Positions 38,675 through 52,700 of a DNA stretch of 64,000 bases are shown piece after piece (position 1 is the stretch's first letter; every line of letters begins with the position of its first letter). A model generated the notes under the pieces. That model saw only the letters and a program-made list of their open reading frames with translations, searched no databases and was not told the origin of the DNA. The position numbers and the translations under genes are program-made. Origin of the DNA: Mustelus asterias (lineage: Eukaryota); assembly GCF_964213995.1 (NCBI RefSeq), contig NC_135802.1, forward strand, positions 90,520,001 through 90,584,000, in the 5' to 3' direction.

Positions 38675-39370
38675 CAGCAGTTAGCTCCTATTTGGAAATA
38701 TTGATGAAACCCCGTTCATCCAGATCAAACAAAGTGGCCGACATACTATATCAATGTGAGACAGTTTGGTTTGCAAGTACATTTTTGAGACATTTGGATG
38801 CAAATATTTAATGTGAGAGACATTTCTCTGTATTGAACACAGTAAATGTCAGGCTATATGCTCCCATGACTCTTCTATTGAGGGTGCGGAGCATTTGTTG
38901 TTTTGATTGATTCACCAATGAACCAAATTCATAACAGAGAACTTGGAGAAATATCTGAGATAAAATTCAAGTCTATTAGCATTCTGCCCCAACTGACACC
39001 TGGAAAGCAAATTGTGCCCCAGGGGGTAGGCTATTCATAAGCCAATTGCACCTGCACTTTAACTATACTGTTGGACTTCCTCCAGTAATCTGACTGATGA
39101 ATCTCTGATAGACTCAGCAGAATCTATTGCTAAAAGCAGGCACGGGTCTCATTCTGGAATGAGTGAAGAGTACTACATAGAAGAGGCAAAATGGGATCTC
39201 TGCTTCCAGCAAGAATTTTTGAAACAGTGGCTTTTTTTCATTGTCCTGATTTGAGCTTTAAATTCCCCATCTCAGAACAAATGTATCCACTGCAATATCC
39301 ACTGCAGGTCCCTGTTGTATGAGTTCATGGGCAGGTCAGACTGGCCAACAGAAGTTGAACTTGACCATAC
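38675..39370 (-). pseudogene. ABCA pseudo-exon, start of second half
   Basis: Acceptor ctattgtag, donor gtaaac; FKAQIRTM then (frameshift) KKPLFQKFLLEAEIPFCLFYVVLF vs F..Q..AL+.KN+.+Q.R followed by a TM helix. Confidence 0.5.
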
Positions 39371-40129
39371 CTACAATAGGACCGTGGAATTTCTTGACCA
39401 CAAAATGTTTCGTAGAAAATAGGAAATTGAAGTATTTGGACGTGCACATGTGAGGCCAAGGCATACAAGGCTATGGGCGAAGTGCTGGAAAATTGGACTA
39501 GAATAGTTAGGTGGTTTGTCTATGACCAGTGCAGATGCAATGGGCCAAAGGGCCTTTTTCTGCACTGTATACCTTTATGAACATCCTGGAGAGTATCTAA
39601 TAGTGGAAAAAGTGCAGAAATTCCATTTGACATTTAAGTCAGGTAAGGGAACAGATGAAGGCGACGTAATAATGGAACAATCCAACACCAGAGTTGACAA
39701 CTATTGATTGAATCAGGGAGAAATGTGAAGAATTTACATCTTCAAAGAATTGAAAGGAATAGGATTTTAATTTTAGTAATAAGATCTTGCCCTCCCCCCA
39801 CCCCCATTCTCCCCTTCAGGCTACTGCCTTAACCATCTGTACCTCTGTTCTGCCATTCACACATTCTGATCACTTAATGGACACTTTTAGGCCCTCTCTC
39901 AGTCTTCTTCATCCTCATTTACATTCCCTTTGTTCTATTACAGCCCCCCCTACCCTCATGGTATAAATCTTTTTTGATTTTCTTTTATCTTAGCTCTGAC
40001 GAAAGGTCATACAGGCTCAAAACATTAGCTCTATTCTCTCCACAGATGCTGTCAGACCTACTGAGATTTTCCAGCATTTTCTGTTTTTGTTTCAGATTCC
40101 AGCATCTGCAGTATTTTGCTTCTATCTTC

Positions 40130-40360
40130 GGATTTCAACTTCCCCATTGACAAAATGGTCAAGGGCAATGTGATTTATTCAGTCATTGCAGTGCAAGAGG
40201 AACAGAGGTCATGGACACCAAGAAAATTAAATCTTAAGGAGGTTGAAAGTACACTAAAAAAAATCAGCAAATCAATGAATAGGATTGGATGGTGGACGGT
40301 CAAAATGATTGAACTGAAGAAAGAACAGAATGGAACAAAGACGGAGACAAGGGAAGATCT
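40130..40360 (-). pseudogene. ABCA pseudo-exon, regulatory domain R1 end
   Basis: ORF 40175-40396: IDLLIFFSVLSTSLRFNFLGVHDLCSSCTAMTE vs L..+F..LE...LGI.D+G+S.T++EE; correct position; boundaries approximate. Confidence 0.45.
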
Positions 40361-40479
40361 GAACTGATGGAAAAAATTCAGAAATCGATGGTTCATTTAC
40401 AGAATCAACATGCAATTACATTGTTTCAAAATAAAACGTCACAAGGCACCTTGTGGGAGGGTAAATAAACTAAATTTAA

Positions 40480-40880
40480 TATTGAAACAGAAAGAGATAT
40501 TCGGGCAGGTGATAGTAAACCTGCTTAAGATTCATCTTAAGAAAAAGAGAGGCAGTCAGGTGGAAAGGTTTGAGGGAGAACTCCAGAGCTCAGGAACAGC
40601 TGAAAGCACGGCTGACAATGGTGGAATAATGATCGGAAATGGGGAAGATGTCAGAATTGGAAGAACGCAGGAGTCTTGGAATGGAATAGGGCTGGAGGTA
40701 GTTACAGAGATGGGGTAGAGTGCGGCCCTGGAGATATTTGAAAAGGATGAGATTTTTAAAAATTAAGGTGCTATCAGACTGGGAGCCAGTGTCGATGATT
40801 AGTGAACAGCACCTGATGTGGAATTGCTTATGGACAGCAAACCTTTGCATGAGCTCAAACTCATGAGACTTGAGCATCTG
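40480..40880 (-). mobile_element. L2 3' fragment
   Basis: FKNLILFKYLQG...YLQPY...RLLRSSNS (ORF 40590). Confidence 0.7.
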
Positions 40881-42254
40881 TGTTGTATAATATAGTGAAC
40901 CAGATTACACTTATGTTATAAAATGTTTAAAGTGCGTAACAAGTGTGATATCTTCCTTGCTCTATGACATAGCAGTAACTCTATAAAGGATTCAGATTGA
41001 AGTTAAAAGATGGAACCATAATAACCAAAAGCATGTTTGCAGCTGTCATTTCTAAATATCTGCCAAATATATTACTAATTACTATACTAGTTTAGTGGAC
41101 ATGTTATAATTACGGTGTTTTGTGAGAATGATTCCATCTGCTTGATAGGTTGATTAATGAAATATCACATTCCCTAAATTGCAACAGTGGAGTGAAGAGC
41201 ATGAAGACAATTCCTAAAAAGATAATTGTGAATTTGTTTCATAATTTAATCCTGATTAAAGAGTCAACTCCCCTCCAGAAGCATTGCCCTCAGACTTCTG
41301 ACAGCAAAATTGTATTTCTGTGGGCATATATTAATAATGGTGCATAACAAAAGATTAGCTAGTACTAAAAACACAATATAAACTCTGAGCAATAATAAAG
41401 ATTCAAGCACCCTGCTCAAATCTGGAAAGTTAACCATTACTTTTACAGTTGGAAAGCATCATGCTTAGAGGAAACTTGACAGCTCATGAGATGCTTTTCA
41501 ACACTATGTTTAATTGTAGTTCTAGGGAAGATTCATACAGGCAGCTGCTGTGTTATCTGTCAAAGCACTTCAGAGATTTCCACATTGATGAGGGAAGCTG
41601 AATATTTGTCAGGGTCAGGCACACAATCCCGAGGAGTTTGCTTTAAGTGGTTTGCATTGCTCTTGTTTCAGTAGCAACAATAAAAATAAATACGTTTTTA
41701 AAAGAAAAATACTGCAGATGCTGGAAATCTATTTTCCCCTGAAGTTTGATATCAAAAGTGCTGGACTGAACCAGTTAAAAAAAAACAGCAAAACAAATTA
41801 CTCTATTTCAGCAACAAAAGCCACTTTTTAAAAAAATGTAAGTTTAAAATTAAAACTCTTCCTGAAGAAGCAGTTTATTATTAATGTCTAACCTGAGTGT
41901 GAGATTAATCATTGAATGAGAATTTAGTAGTAAAAGTTCAAATACTTGTTCAAAAATTAAAGTAGCAGTCCCAACAATGATTTGTGAATGGCAGTTTTCT
42001 CAAAGGCAGCAATGATAGTGGTTTATCTCTCATGTCATGAAACACTTGTGTTTGAAATGGTTTTCGATTAGAAAGAAAAACAGAAAATGCTGGAGTGGCT
42101 CAGCATGTCAGTAGCATCCATCAAGACAATACAAGCCAGTTGACATTTCAGGTAAATAGCCTTTGTTGAGAACTGGAGTTTTTTCCTCTTTTTTTCGTAA
42201 CCCAGGACACTGATCACCATTTTAAACACCCCCACTGCTATGACCATTAATTCA

Positions 42255-42550
42255 AGTTTATTATTTTTGTCACAGGTAGGCTTACATTAACACGTCATTG
42301 AAGTTACTGTGAAAATCCCCTAGTCGCCACACTCCGGTGCCTGTTTGGGTACACTGAGGGAGAATTTAGCATGGCCAATGCACCCAACCAGCACATCTTT
42401 CAGACTGTGGAAGGAAACCGGTGCACCCAAAGGAAACCCTCACAGACACAGGGAGAACGTGCAGACTCTACACAGACAGTGACCCAGGCCGGGAATCGAA
42501 CCCAGGTCCTTGGTGCTGTGAGGCAGCAGTGCTAACAACTGTGCCACCAA
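42255..42550 (-). mobile_element. HE1-headed SINE with alternative tail
   Basis: As 11470. Confidence 0.88.
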
Positions 42551-42587
42551 GAGTCGAGAATAAATCTGGAATCTTCCGGATTTGTAA

Positions 42588-42855
42588 GGGCGGCATGGTG
42601 GCACAGTGGTTATCCCTGCTGCCTCACAGCACCAGGGACTGCGGTTCAATTCCAGCCTCAGGTCACTGTGTGTGGAGTCTGCACGTTCTCCTCGTGCCTG
42701 CATGAGTTTCCACCAGGTGCTCCGGTTTCCTCCCACAGTCCAAAGATATGCGGGTAGGTTGATTGGCCATGCTAAATTGTCCCTTAGTATCAGGGGGAGT
42801 AGCAGGATAGATACGTGGGATTACCCAGATAGGGCCTGGGTGGGAATGTTGTTGC
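42588..42855 (+). mobile_element. HE1-type SINE (3' truncated)
   Basis: gggcggcatggtggcacagtggtt head. Confidence 0.88.
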
Positions 42856-42979
42856 TGCTCTAATTGTTTTATTTAACCTATCCGTCTGTGGCCTCAGTCC
42901 ACACTACAGACCATCAAAAGTCTTCTGATTTAATAATTAGAGCACACCATTTGTTGCTGACTGTCGTAACATATTATAA

Positions 42980-43590
42980 GAGAGAAAGAAAGACTTGCAC
43001 ATATTGACCACTTTTCATGATAACCATCTCTCAAAACACTTTACAGCCAATAAAGTTTTTCTTAGAAGTATTTGACTCTGTTGGAAAATGCAGCAGCTAA
43101 TGTGAATTGAGCAAACTCACTCACACACCCTGTGATAAAGATAATCTATTTTTTGTGGTGTTGATTGAGGGTGGAATGAGCTGCCAGATAAAGTGGTAAA
43201 TGCGGGGTCACTTTTAACATTTAAGAAAAACTTGGACGGGTTCATGGATGAGAGGGGTGTGGAGGGAGATGGTCCAAGTGCAGGTCAGTGGGACTAGGCA
43301 TAAAATGGTTCGGCAAAGCCAAGAAGGGCCAAAAGGCCTGTTTCTGAGCTGTAATTTTCTATGGTTCTATGGTTAAGTATTAGGCAGTCCCTCAGAGAAA
43401 ACCCCCACTCTCCTTCAAAACAGTGGCAGGGAATCTCTTACATCTACCCTTGCAAGCAGATGGGTTTAGTGTCATATCCAACAGTGCAGTGCTCCTTCAG
43501 TACCATTGGAGTGTCAGCCTTGATTGCCCTGGAGTGGAACTTGAACCCACTACCGTGTGATTCACAGATGAGTGTGTTGTCACAGCTAAC
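42980..43590 (-). mobile_element. DeuSINE (SacSINE1-like) with a CR1 tail inserted at 43172-43372
   Basis: tRNA head (rc of ggagtggaacttgaaccc), Deu-domain-like cagtgcagtgctccttcagtacc, L2-like tail. Confidence 0.7.
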
Positions 43591-44199
43591 ATTATTGCCA
43601 AATGTAGAAGTAGAACATGGTGAATTACCATATTTCTATACATCATAGCAGTTGAGAGATGCTGGAACTCATTCCAAACCAGTGGCGTGTGATAGAGTTA
43701 TTCATTTGTGTGAACTTATAATTCAGGATAGCCTCCCAGATCATCAATGTGTTATTTAGGTGGTAACAGTGCATACTGTATGTTTGATTATATTAGAATT
43801 GATGTTTTAACCTAACCACTCCAAGCTTTGCTAAAAAGATCATTTTGTCATCGACTCCTTGAAATACTGACATGTTATCTTGAAGCACTTGGTTTGATTT
43901 CCACAACCACCTGCTGACTCATGTCTCATTTCACCCGTTTACTCTGACCATGCAAACAAATAAACTGCAACATTCAAACCACAAAAAGTGATTAGGCAAC
44001 AAAAGTTTTCCCAATTTCAAAGGAGTGCAATTTTGTTTCACTGAGGAATAGAATGGAATTCTATTTTAATACACTGGTTGGTCAAATAGTGCATCATAAT
44101 ATAACCTTATTAATCCAAACCTTAGTTAGTTCCCAGCCTGTTAAAATTGCCTGTCAGCATTAAATGATGTAGATGTCACTCCAATGTGCCTAAAACATT

Positions 44200-45198
44200 G
44201 GGTGGAAATCTCCTATCTGGGACTGAGTGACATGATGGAAATGAGGATGGTCAGTGTTTCCTCCATGCTATATTTTCCAGCCTGATCTAATTAATTATGC
44301 ATCCGGGGGTTTAGTGCCATATTCCATAGCGGACTTGATAGTGTGCATCCAGCCATCTTATCGGAATGCCATATTTCAAAGGCGCCCAATATCATTGACC
44401 CAGCGGTGAAGAAAGAAGATGGATCTCCAGGAACCCTGAGGCTGGATGATGGACCTCAATGACAGTGGTGCTGGAAGATCCATGTAATTGATGCTTCTCC
44501 CACCCACTGCTGTGGTGTTCCAGGGTTTAGGGTTGCTGCCAGCCTCCATTCCGAACTTCGGAGACAGTCATAGAATCATAAAATCACTGCAATGCAGAAA
44601 GAGGCTCTTCAGCCCAATGAGTGCACTGACTCTCCAAAAGAGCATCTCACCCAGGCCCTCCCCTCCGTCTTATCCCCGTAACTCCGCGCATTTATCATGG
44701 CCAATCCACCTAACCTGCATATCTTTACACTACGGGAGGATACTGGAGCAGAGAAAATGCATGCAGACATGGAGAAAACATGCAAACTCCACACAGTCAC
44801 CCAAGGCCAGAATTAAACCCAAGTTCCTCACAACGTGAGGCAACAGTTCTAATCACTGTGCCATCGTGCCGCTCCAGGTCCCAGGCATTCTTCACGTCAG
44901 TCACAACTTCTGCATGTCACATTGTTCCAGACATGTTCTGGACCAATGTGCTTTCTTGTTGGCAGAGAATTGGGCGTGGGAGGAAACTTCTGGTTGGGCC
45001 TTCATCTGCATCCAATTAGCGGGATGCAAATCTAGTTCATGCCAGCCACCAGTGGGTTTCCTGATCTGCTGTGGCTGGCACTAGTGGAAGGTCCCATGGG
45101 AATTTCACGCTGGATTTTTGGGTCTTCTGCCGAATCCTCCCTGTGCCACCCTGCCCACTACTCAACCCACTAGCAGGGGGCATAAGAGAATTCTATCC
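44200..45198. mobile_element. Harbinger-type non-autonomous element with nested HE1 (44568-44872, -)
   Basis: Imperfect TIR gggtggaaatctc / gagaattctatcc; TSD ATT. Confidence 0.55.
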
Positions 45199-45232
45199 AT
45201 TAACTCTTTCTTTCTCCATAGATGCTACTGTG

Positions 45233-45498
45233 GGTGGCATGGTGGCACAGTGGTCAGCACTGCTGCCTTACAGGGCCAGGGACCCAGGTTCGATTTCCGG
45301 CTTGGGTCACTGTCTGTGCCGAGTCTGCACGTTCTCCCACAGTCTGAAAGACATGCTGGTTAGGTGCATTGGCTGTGTTAAATTCTCCCTCAGCGTACCA
45401 AAACAGGCGCCGGAGGGAGGCAACTTGGATATTTTTACAGTAACTTCATTGCAGTGTTAACATAAGCCTACTTGTGACACTAATAAATAAACTTTAAA
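45233..45498 (+). mobile_element. HE1-headed SINE with alternative tail
   Basis: Ends cttgtgacactaataaataaacttta. Confidence 0.88.
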
Positions 45499-45984
45499 CC
45501 TGCTAACTATTTCTAGCATTTTCGATTTTTATTTTATACTAATTTACATCTAGAAAGGGTCACTGAAATCCATCCAACTGCAAGATGCAGGCTATTTTTA
45601 CTTCAATAGTCACAGCAGAAAGAAAGACATATGAATTCTAAGAAAAATCAAAAACAATTTATAGACATTATTTTGAAGTTCATTAGTTGTTGCAAGATTC
45701 CATTTAATACGATGAACAAACCATTTTTGGTTTGGATTTTTTTTGCCTTGGATTCTTTATCAAGCAGAATTTGTTGTTACCTGGATGTTCAGTTCTTGAT
45801 ATAATCCACTGTCCGTTGTTACCAAGGTGGGTTATGGCAAATATTAAGTTTGAATTTCATCTGCACATATGGAATGTTTTTTAAAAAGGTAGTTTCAACT
45901 GCTTAAAACAAAAACTGACTTAAGATGGTTGCCACAGGTCACCTGATGTTTGGGACTGCAAGTTGGCTACGTTGCTGGAAGATT

Positions 45985-46345
45985 TTTTTTTTCTATTCAT
46001 TCAAGGGACATGGGTGTCGCTGGCTGACCAGCATTCATTGCCCATCCCTGGTTGCCCTAGGAGGGCAGTTGAGAGTCAATCATATTGTTTAGGCGCTGGA
46101 GTCACATGTAGACCAGATAAGGACAAAAGGTTTCCTTCCCTAAAAAACATTAATGAACCAGATGGGTTTTTCCAACAATTGACAATGGCTTCATGGTCAT
46201 CAGTACATTCTAAATTCTAGATATTTTTTATTGAATTTAAATTCCACCATCTGCCGTGGTGGGATTCTAACCCAGGTCCCCAGAACATTAACTAAGTGTT
46301 TGGATTAATAGTTGAGTGATCATATCACTAGACCATCACCTTTCC
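45985..46345 (-). mobile_element. tRNA-derived SINE with CR1-group tail
   Basis: Same family as 3868-4212. Confidence 0.75.
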
Positions 46346-46726
46346 AAAATGTGGATTACAACGAACATGCCTAGACTACATCCTTTTGGAATGTTGCACC
46401 TGCCTTTGTTAGGACCTACCCCAAAGTAGTGAGACATTAAGACCTCAGACTTTCCGTCTCCAGGACAACTAAGTAACAAGGGAGAACACACAAAACTGAT
46501 TATGCACAAGGGAAGTGTTAAGGACCACTATCTGCCTCTATTGTATGTTGGTAGTTTTGGCCAAGGATGGTGGAAATTGTGTCATTAACATAAAGATTAT
46601 TTTCATGCATATCAAATGCCAGTCATCGCATCATCAAAACTTGTTTATGCTGCTAGCTTTGGGGCAGTCTGGAAAAGGCACACTGAAGACCACAAAAAAG
46701 TTCATTCTTTTTCCGCTGAGCTGCAT

Positions 46727-47035
46727 CATAGAATCTTTACAATGGAGAAGGAGGCCATTCGGCCCATTGAGTCTGCACCAATCACAATCCCATCCAGGCC
46801 CTAATCCCATAACCCCACATATTTACCCTGCTAATCCCCTGACACTAGGGTCAATTTAGTATGGCCAATCAACCTAATCTGCACACTTTTAGACTGTGGG
46901 AGGAAACTGAAGCACCCGGAGGAAACCCACGCAGACACGGGGAGAATGTGCAAACTCCGCACAGTGACCCGAGGCTGGAATTGAACCCGGGTCCCTGGCG
47001 CTGTGAGGCAGCAGTACTAACCACTGTGCCACCTG
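46727..47035 (-). mobile_element. HE1-type SINE
   Basis: Full-length copy. Confidence 0.9.
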
Positions 47036-47123
47036 AATCCTGCCTTCGTATATCGGAATGTGGACAGCTAACAGAGAAATCCTAAAGAAGATTTCAAATC
47101 CTAAGCATGAAAAAGAAACAAGA

Positions 47124-47323
47124 GGTGAGATTTGCAGTGCAACCCCGTTGTCTGTTTCGCCACGGCGGAGGCAGCCTGCAATTGGCCAGTGGCCTGATCT
47201 TCTGGTCCTACCATTGTCAACGGGGAATCCCATTGAAATGCACCCTTCACCACCCTGGATGGTGGTTGCGCCATCAACAGGACTGGAAGATCCTGCCAGC
47301 ATGAACGGCTAGAAAATTCCAGC
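47124..47323. mobile_element. Harbinger-type MITE
   Basis: ggtgagatttgc...gaaaattccagc ends; internal inverted repeats. Confidence 0.55.
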
Positions 47324-48187
47324 AAAGACTAAGGTTTTAAGAATTGCATCAGTCACTGACAACAGAATCAGTAAACTCTTTATATCTTGTCTTATATCAT
47401 TCACCTTTAATTTTGCCAAATGTTAACATCCTCTATTTTGTAACTTGCATTTTTGCGAGTGTTTGTGCATGCATGCGTGTGCGCACCCATTGGGATGTGT
47501 CTTTACCTTTTAAAAGATATTTTAATATCATTACCGGGGTGGTTTTTTTGTGTGGGTAAGTTGTTAGTACAATAAAAACTAACCCCTCACTCATTTAAAC
47601 TCAAGAAAGCCTATTGAAATGAGCAATGTGCTATCATCATGTAAATAATTAAGTACATGTACTGAATTGGCACAATCATCCTTATAAATTTAAAAATAAA
47701 ATCCTGCTACTATCAACCAAGGAGTAAGGAGAAAAAGGGCAGTCGTTGCATTTGTCATCTGGTCATACCAGCATACAATGCTTATACTTAGCTTCAGATC
47801 AGGAGATCTGAAGGACTTTGATTGTCAACATTATTTTCAAGAATAACTCACTTTTAAAATGGGACAAATTAGTGCCCATTTAAGTTCTAATTCTGCCAGC
47901 ATTCTGATTCAACGGGTGATTGGATAGGCCTTTGCCCAATATTCCATCCACCATGTCTGCAGATTGTCCAAGAAAAAATAGTGCACAGCATTTAAACAGC
48001 AAACCTCCAAAGGAACAGAAGCTGTTGCTCGTTGAAGGAAACTTTCATTTTTAATATGTTAATCATGTGTGTCTTGAGTTTGGCACAGCTATCAACATTA
48101 GGTATTAAACTGCAAAGCATAATCCCAGATTTGCTATTGAACCTATAAATCTAAGTATTCCTGTCAACAGTAATAGCCAGAAATCAA

Positions 48188-48528
48188 CCAGATTTCTTTG
48201 GTATGTTGCACAGAATAAAACAGCAGGCACCTCCTTGTGTCATGAGTGATCTGATTATGGCTGGAATCCAAGTACATTTGAGTCCTGCTGTGTACACATT
48301 GAAAACAAAATGACTGGGATTTATTCTACTGTGATAGGATCGACACACAGCAACACCTGCTCCCAAGTGAACACTACTCAGGTTGGACAGTTCAAGACTT
48401 CAATGAAGCCTTTTAGTCACATCTGGGCCTCTTCCTCAGAGGCTACTGTCAGTGTCAGCAGAAAATCATTCAACCCTAATTCATCAAAAATTTAGTTTGT
48501 GCTCTGGGGATGGACCGGTAACGGAGTG
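48188..48528 (-). pseudogene. ABCA pseudo-exon, D-loop/H-loop and end of NBD1
   Basis: Acceptor ttttattcccag; SVTGPSPEHKLNF* vs PSTGLDP.SR.NLW; ORF 48184-48366 AGLKCTWIPAIIRSLMTQGGACCFIL vs GGLQCIGNP.ELK.RYGG.Y.F. Confidence 0.6.
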
Positions 48529-49337
48529 CTGGGAATAAAATTAAACGCACAGCCTAATTATCCTGAAAGATATTCCAAAATTAGGATTAAATGAAACAAC
48601 ATCTGCAAATGTCAGTGTCATAATACTGCAGATCTTATTACTTCCCCTATTTGCCACAGGAGCAACTTCATCTTATTTCCCAAGCTGACAAGTAGTAGAG
48701 CTCACCCCCAGTTGCCTACATCGTACACAGACAACAGAATGAAGCTCCAAGGCTGTATACTTTAAGCATTGCTGTGTTATACATGGGCACACAATCATAA
48801 AGGTTTCTTATTTACTTGAAGGATTTTTTAAATTATCCTTTCACTTTTGGACCTTGTTTTAACTAATTCCACACAACCTTTTGGCTTGACTTCAGAGGAA
48901 GAAAAAGTCTGATTAAAATCTTGCATCTTCTCTACTTTCGCTTTTTGACATGACATATTATGAAGAGTCCCTTCTGAACCATTAACCTGGATTTAATCTT
49001 TCAACTCCTCATGGGCTTTCTATTTATTTTAACATTTTCTTTCCGTTTTCCAATTCAGCTATTTTTCATACGTACAAAGTATTCCAACTGAGCAGTAACC
49101 GTTTATTTTTAAAATGCTGAATGGAAAATGTATTGGATCCACTTTAATTTAATAAAAACACATTATTTTAAAATGTTCTGGGCCATTTATTTACTTTTGT
49201 TTCCTGTGAAAATTACTAATATTTGAATATTATGTGAATACTTAAAAAAGGAATGAACTGTTGAGATGTTTTCAGTAATTTGAGAATGGTGAATGTTATT
49301 TCAATTAGGAGTTTGCTTTCTAGTTAATTTAACCAAA

Positions 49338-49646
49338 ACATCTTAAAATGAACAGGTGTGGATAGGGAGGGTTCTGGAATTGCTGACTGCAGGAATGCCG
49401 TCTGTTACACTTGCCAAAATGACTGACTCCAAGATTATTGCCTGACTGATCAAAGAAGGTCAGGAGAAAGAGGTCACTGCAATCTGTTCTTTCTCAAATT
49501 GGTATTACCACATCAATGTTTGAAACAGAGGACAGGGTCCCAGGAGGGTCATCTTGTCCACTGTCAAGCAGATCATGAGCATGGTATAACCTTGTAGTTA
49601 ACTGTGATAGATCAAATGCTCTTTCGGCAGCTTGTCAGATCAGGAG
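49338..49646 (-). pseudogene. ABCA pseudo-exon, Q-loop region/signature/Walker B of NBD1
   Basis: Acceptor tgtctag; HDLL then (frameshift) DKMT; VSHFGKCNRRHSC...PHLFIL vs V..+SGG.KRRLS...P.++.LDE; two TGA in the main frame. Confidence 0.6.
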
Positions 49647-49702
49647 CTAGACAGCAAGTTCCAAACCTCTTGACAATAAGGTTTGCTTCACAATGGCCTC
49701 AT

Positions 49703-52700
49703 TTAAAAAAAAAATATGTATAATTTTTTAAACAGAATTTGGGCATCGCTGGCTAGGCCAACATGTATTGCCCTTCCCTCATTTTCCTCCAAGGTGGAGC
49801 TGCCTTCTTGAACCGCTGCCCTCCATCTGGTGTAGGAGCGCCCATTGTGCTGTTCTAAAATTTTGGCCAAGCCACAATGAAGGAATGGTTCCAAGTCAGG
49901 ATAGTGTGTGGTTTGAAGGGGGACTTGAGAATGGTGGTGTTCCCATGCATCTGCTGCTTTTGTCCTTTAGGCAGCAGAGGCTGAGGGCATGGGACAGTAC
50001 TAGGCAACCTAGACTAGTGAGTGGGCCGCATGAGTGGCCCTCCTTCATCTCAGGTTGGTTGTAAGGTTCAAATCAGGCTTGTTCACTAACCATGACCCCA
50101 TGAATAAAATTAAATACATTTGATAAATGCTGAATATTTCATAAGTTATAAAATATGTTTAATCATTTACATATTAATAGAATTTTCATCAACATCAAAT
50201 AGTAAAAACATAGAAACATAGAAAACAACAGCACAAAACAGGCCCTTCGGCCCCACAAGTTGGCCGAACATATCCCTATCTTTTAAGCCTACTTATAACC
50301 CTCCATCCTATTAAGTCCCACGTAATCATCCAGGAGTCTCTTAAAAGATCCTATTGAGTTTGCCTCCACCACCACTGACGGCAGCCGATTCCACACCCTC
50401 TGTGTGAAAAACTTCCCCCTAACATTTCCCCTGTACCTACCCCCCAGCACCTTAAACCTGTGTCCTCTCGTAACAGCCATTTCCGCCCTGGGAAAAAATC
50501 TCAGAGTCCACCCGATCTATGCCTCTCAACACCTTATATACCTTTATTAGGTCTCCTCTCATCCTACGTCTCTCCAAGGAGAAAAGACCGAGCTCCCTCA
50601 GCCTATCCTCATAAGGCATGCCACTCAATCCAGGGCAACATCCTTGTAAATCTCCTCTGCACCCTTTCAATCTTTTCCACATCCTTCCTGTAATGAGGCG
50701 ACTAGAACTGAGCACAGTACACAAGCACACACAAAACGAAAGAAATGTTTACACTTTGGACGCAGAGGGAGAGCACAGCTCACAGTCAATGTTGGGCGCA
50801 ATCACCAAGCACCTCACTTCACTTGCCATTGCTTTGTTTGTGCATCACTTCAGTCATTCCGGTTGGAAAAGGACAAAGACCAAAATCAATGGAAAGCAGC
50901 AACCCTGCACGTGGGCAACAGTCAACAAAATGTTTTGTGGGCTGCACTAAGCACTAAGAACCCAGTTAGGTTGCATGTAGCCCCTGGGCTGCAGGTTGCC
51001 CACCTGACATGGAAGGTGCTGTAAAAGATTTGGTGAGTTGCTGCAGTACATTTTGGAGATGGTACATGCTGCTACCATTGTGCATCAGTGGCAGAGGGAC
51101 TAAACGCTATAAGCTGGTGGATGGGGTGCCAATCAAGTAGCTTGCTTTGTCCTAGATGGTGCCAAGTTTCTTGAGTATTGTTGGAGCTGTGTTCATCCAG
51201 GCAAGTGAGCGTGTTGCATCAAACTCCTGACTTGTACCTTGTAGATGGTGGGCAGTTTTTGGGCAGTCAGGATGGAGTTGCTTGCTGCAGAATTCCCAGC
51301 CTCTTACTAGTCAACAGTAATTCCCAGAATGTTGATAGTGGGGGAATTCAGTGATGGTAATGCCATTGAACGTCAAGTGGAGATGGTTAGATTCTCTTGT
51401 GTTGAAGATGGCGAATGTGTGGCATGAATATTACTTGTCACTTACCAACCCAAGCCTGAACATTGTCCCAAGTCTTGCCTCATATTTAGGACTGAGTTAA
51501 GGAGGAACTTCTTCACACAAAGGGTTGGGAATCTGTGGAATTCCCTGCCCAGTGAAACAGTTGAGGCTACTTCGTTGAATGTTTTTAAGGCAAGGATAGA
51601 TAAATTTTTGAACAGTAAAGGAATTAAGGGTTATGGTGAGCGGGCGGGTAAGTGGAGCTGAGTTCACAAAAAGATCAGCCATGGTCTTATTGAATGGCGG
51701 AGCAGGCTCGAGGGGCCAGATGGCCTACTCCTGCCCCTAGTTCTTATGTTCTTATCGAGACACAGACTGCTTCAGTATCTGAGGAGTCATGAATGGTGCT
51801 GAACATGGTGCAATCATCAGCAAACATTCCCAATTCTGACCATGAGATGGAGGGGGAAGATCATTAAATGAAGTAACTGAAGATGATTGGGCCTAGGACA
51901 CTGCCCTGAGGAACTCCTGCCACTAGCTACCCAGACTGAGATATTGATTTCCACCAATCATAATGATCTTCCTTGTGCTAAGTAGGTATCCTATCAGTGG
52001 AGCATTTTTCACCAATTCCCATTGACTTCAGTTTTGTGAGGACTCCTTGACGCTATATTCGGTCAAATGCTGCCTTGATGTTAAATGCAGTCACTCATCT
52101 CTGGAGTTCAGCTTTTGTCCGTGTTCTGAGTGGACCTGGCAAACTCAGTGTCAGTGAGCAGGTTATTGCTGAGTAATTAAGCAATGTTTGATGACACTAT
52201 TGATGACTTCTTCAATCACTTTCTTGATCAAGAATAAACTAATAGGGCAATAATTAGCTAGGTTGGATTTGTCCTGCTTTTTGTAGACAGGAAATACCTG
52301 GGCAATTTTTCACATTGTCAAATAGATGCCAGTGTTGTAGCTGTACTAGAACAAGTTAGCTGGGAGCGCAGCCATTTCTGGAGCACAGGTCTTGAGTAAT
52401 ATTGCCAAATGTCAGGATCCACAGCTCTTGCAGTATCCAGTGCCACCAGTCATTTCTTGATAAGTTGGCTGAAGACTGGCATCTGTGATGCTGGCAACTT
52501 CAGGGGGAGGTCAAGATGGATCATCCACTCGGCCCTACTGGCTGTAGATGGTTGCAAGTGCATTAGGCTTATCTTTTGCACTGATGTGCTGGGCTCCCCC
52601 ATCATTGAGAATGGGGATGTTTGTGGAGAATCCTTCTCCAGTGAGTTTTTAAAATTGTTCACCACCATTCACAACTGGATGTGGCAGGACTGCAGATCTT

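Noticed and set aside
39074-39255. Plus-strand open frame (TSSSNLTDES...)
   Set aside because: Antisense to the ABCA pseudo-exon; no splice or homology support.
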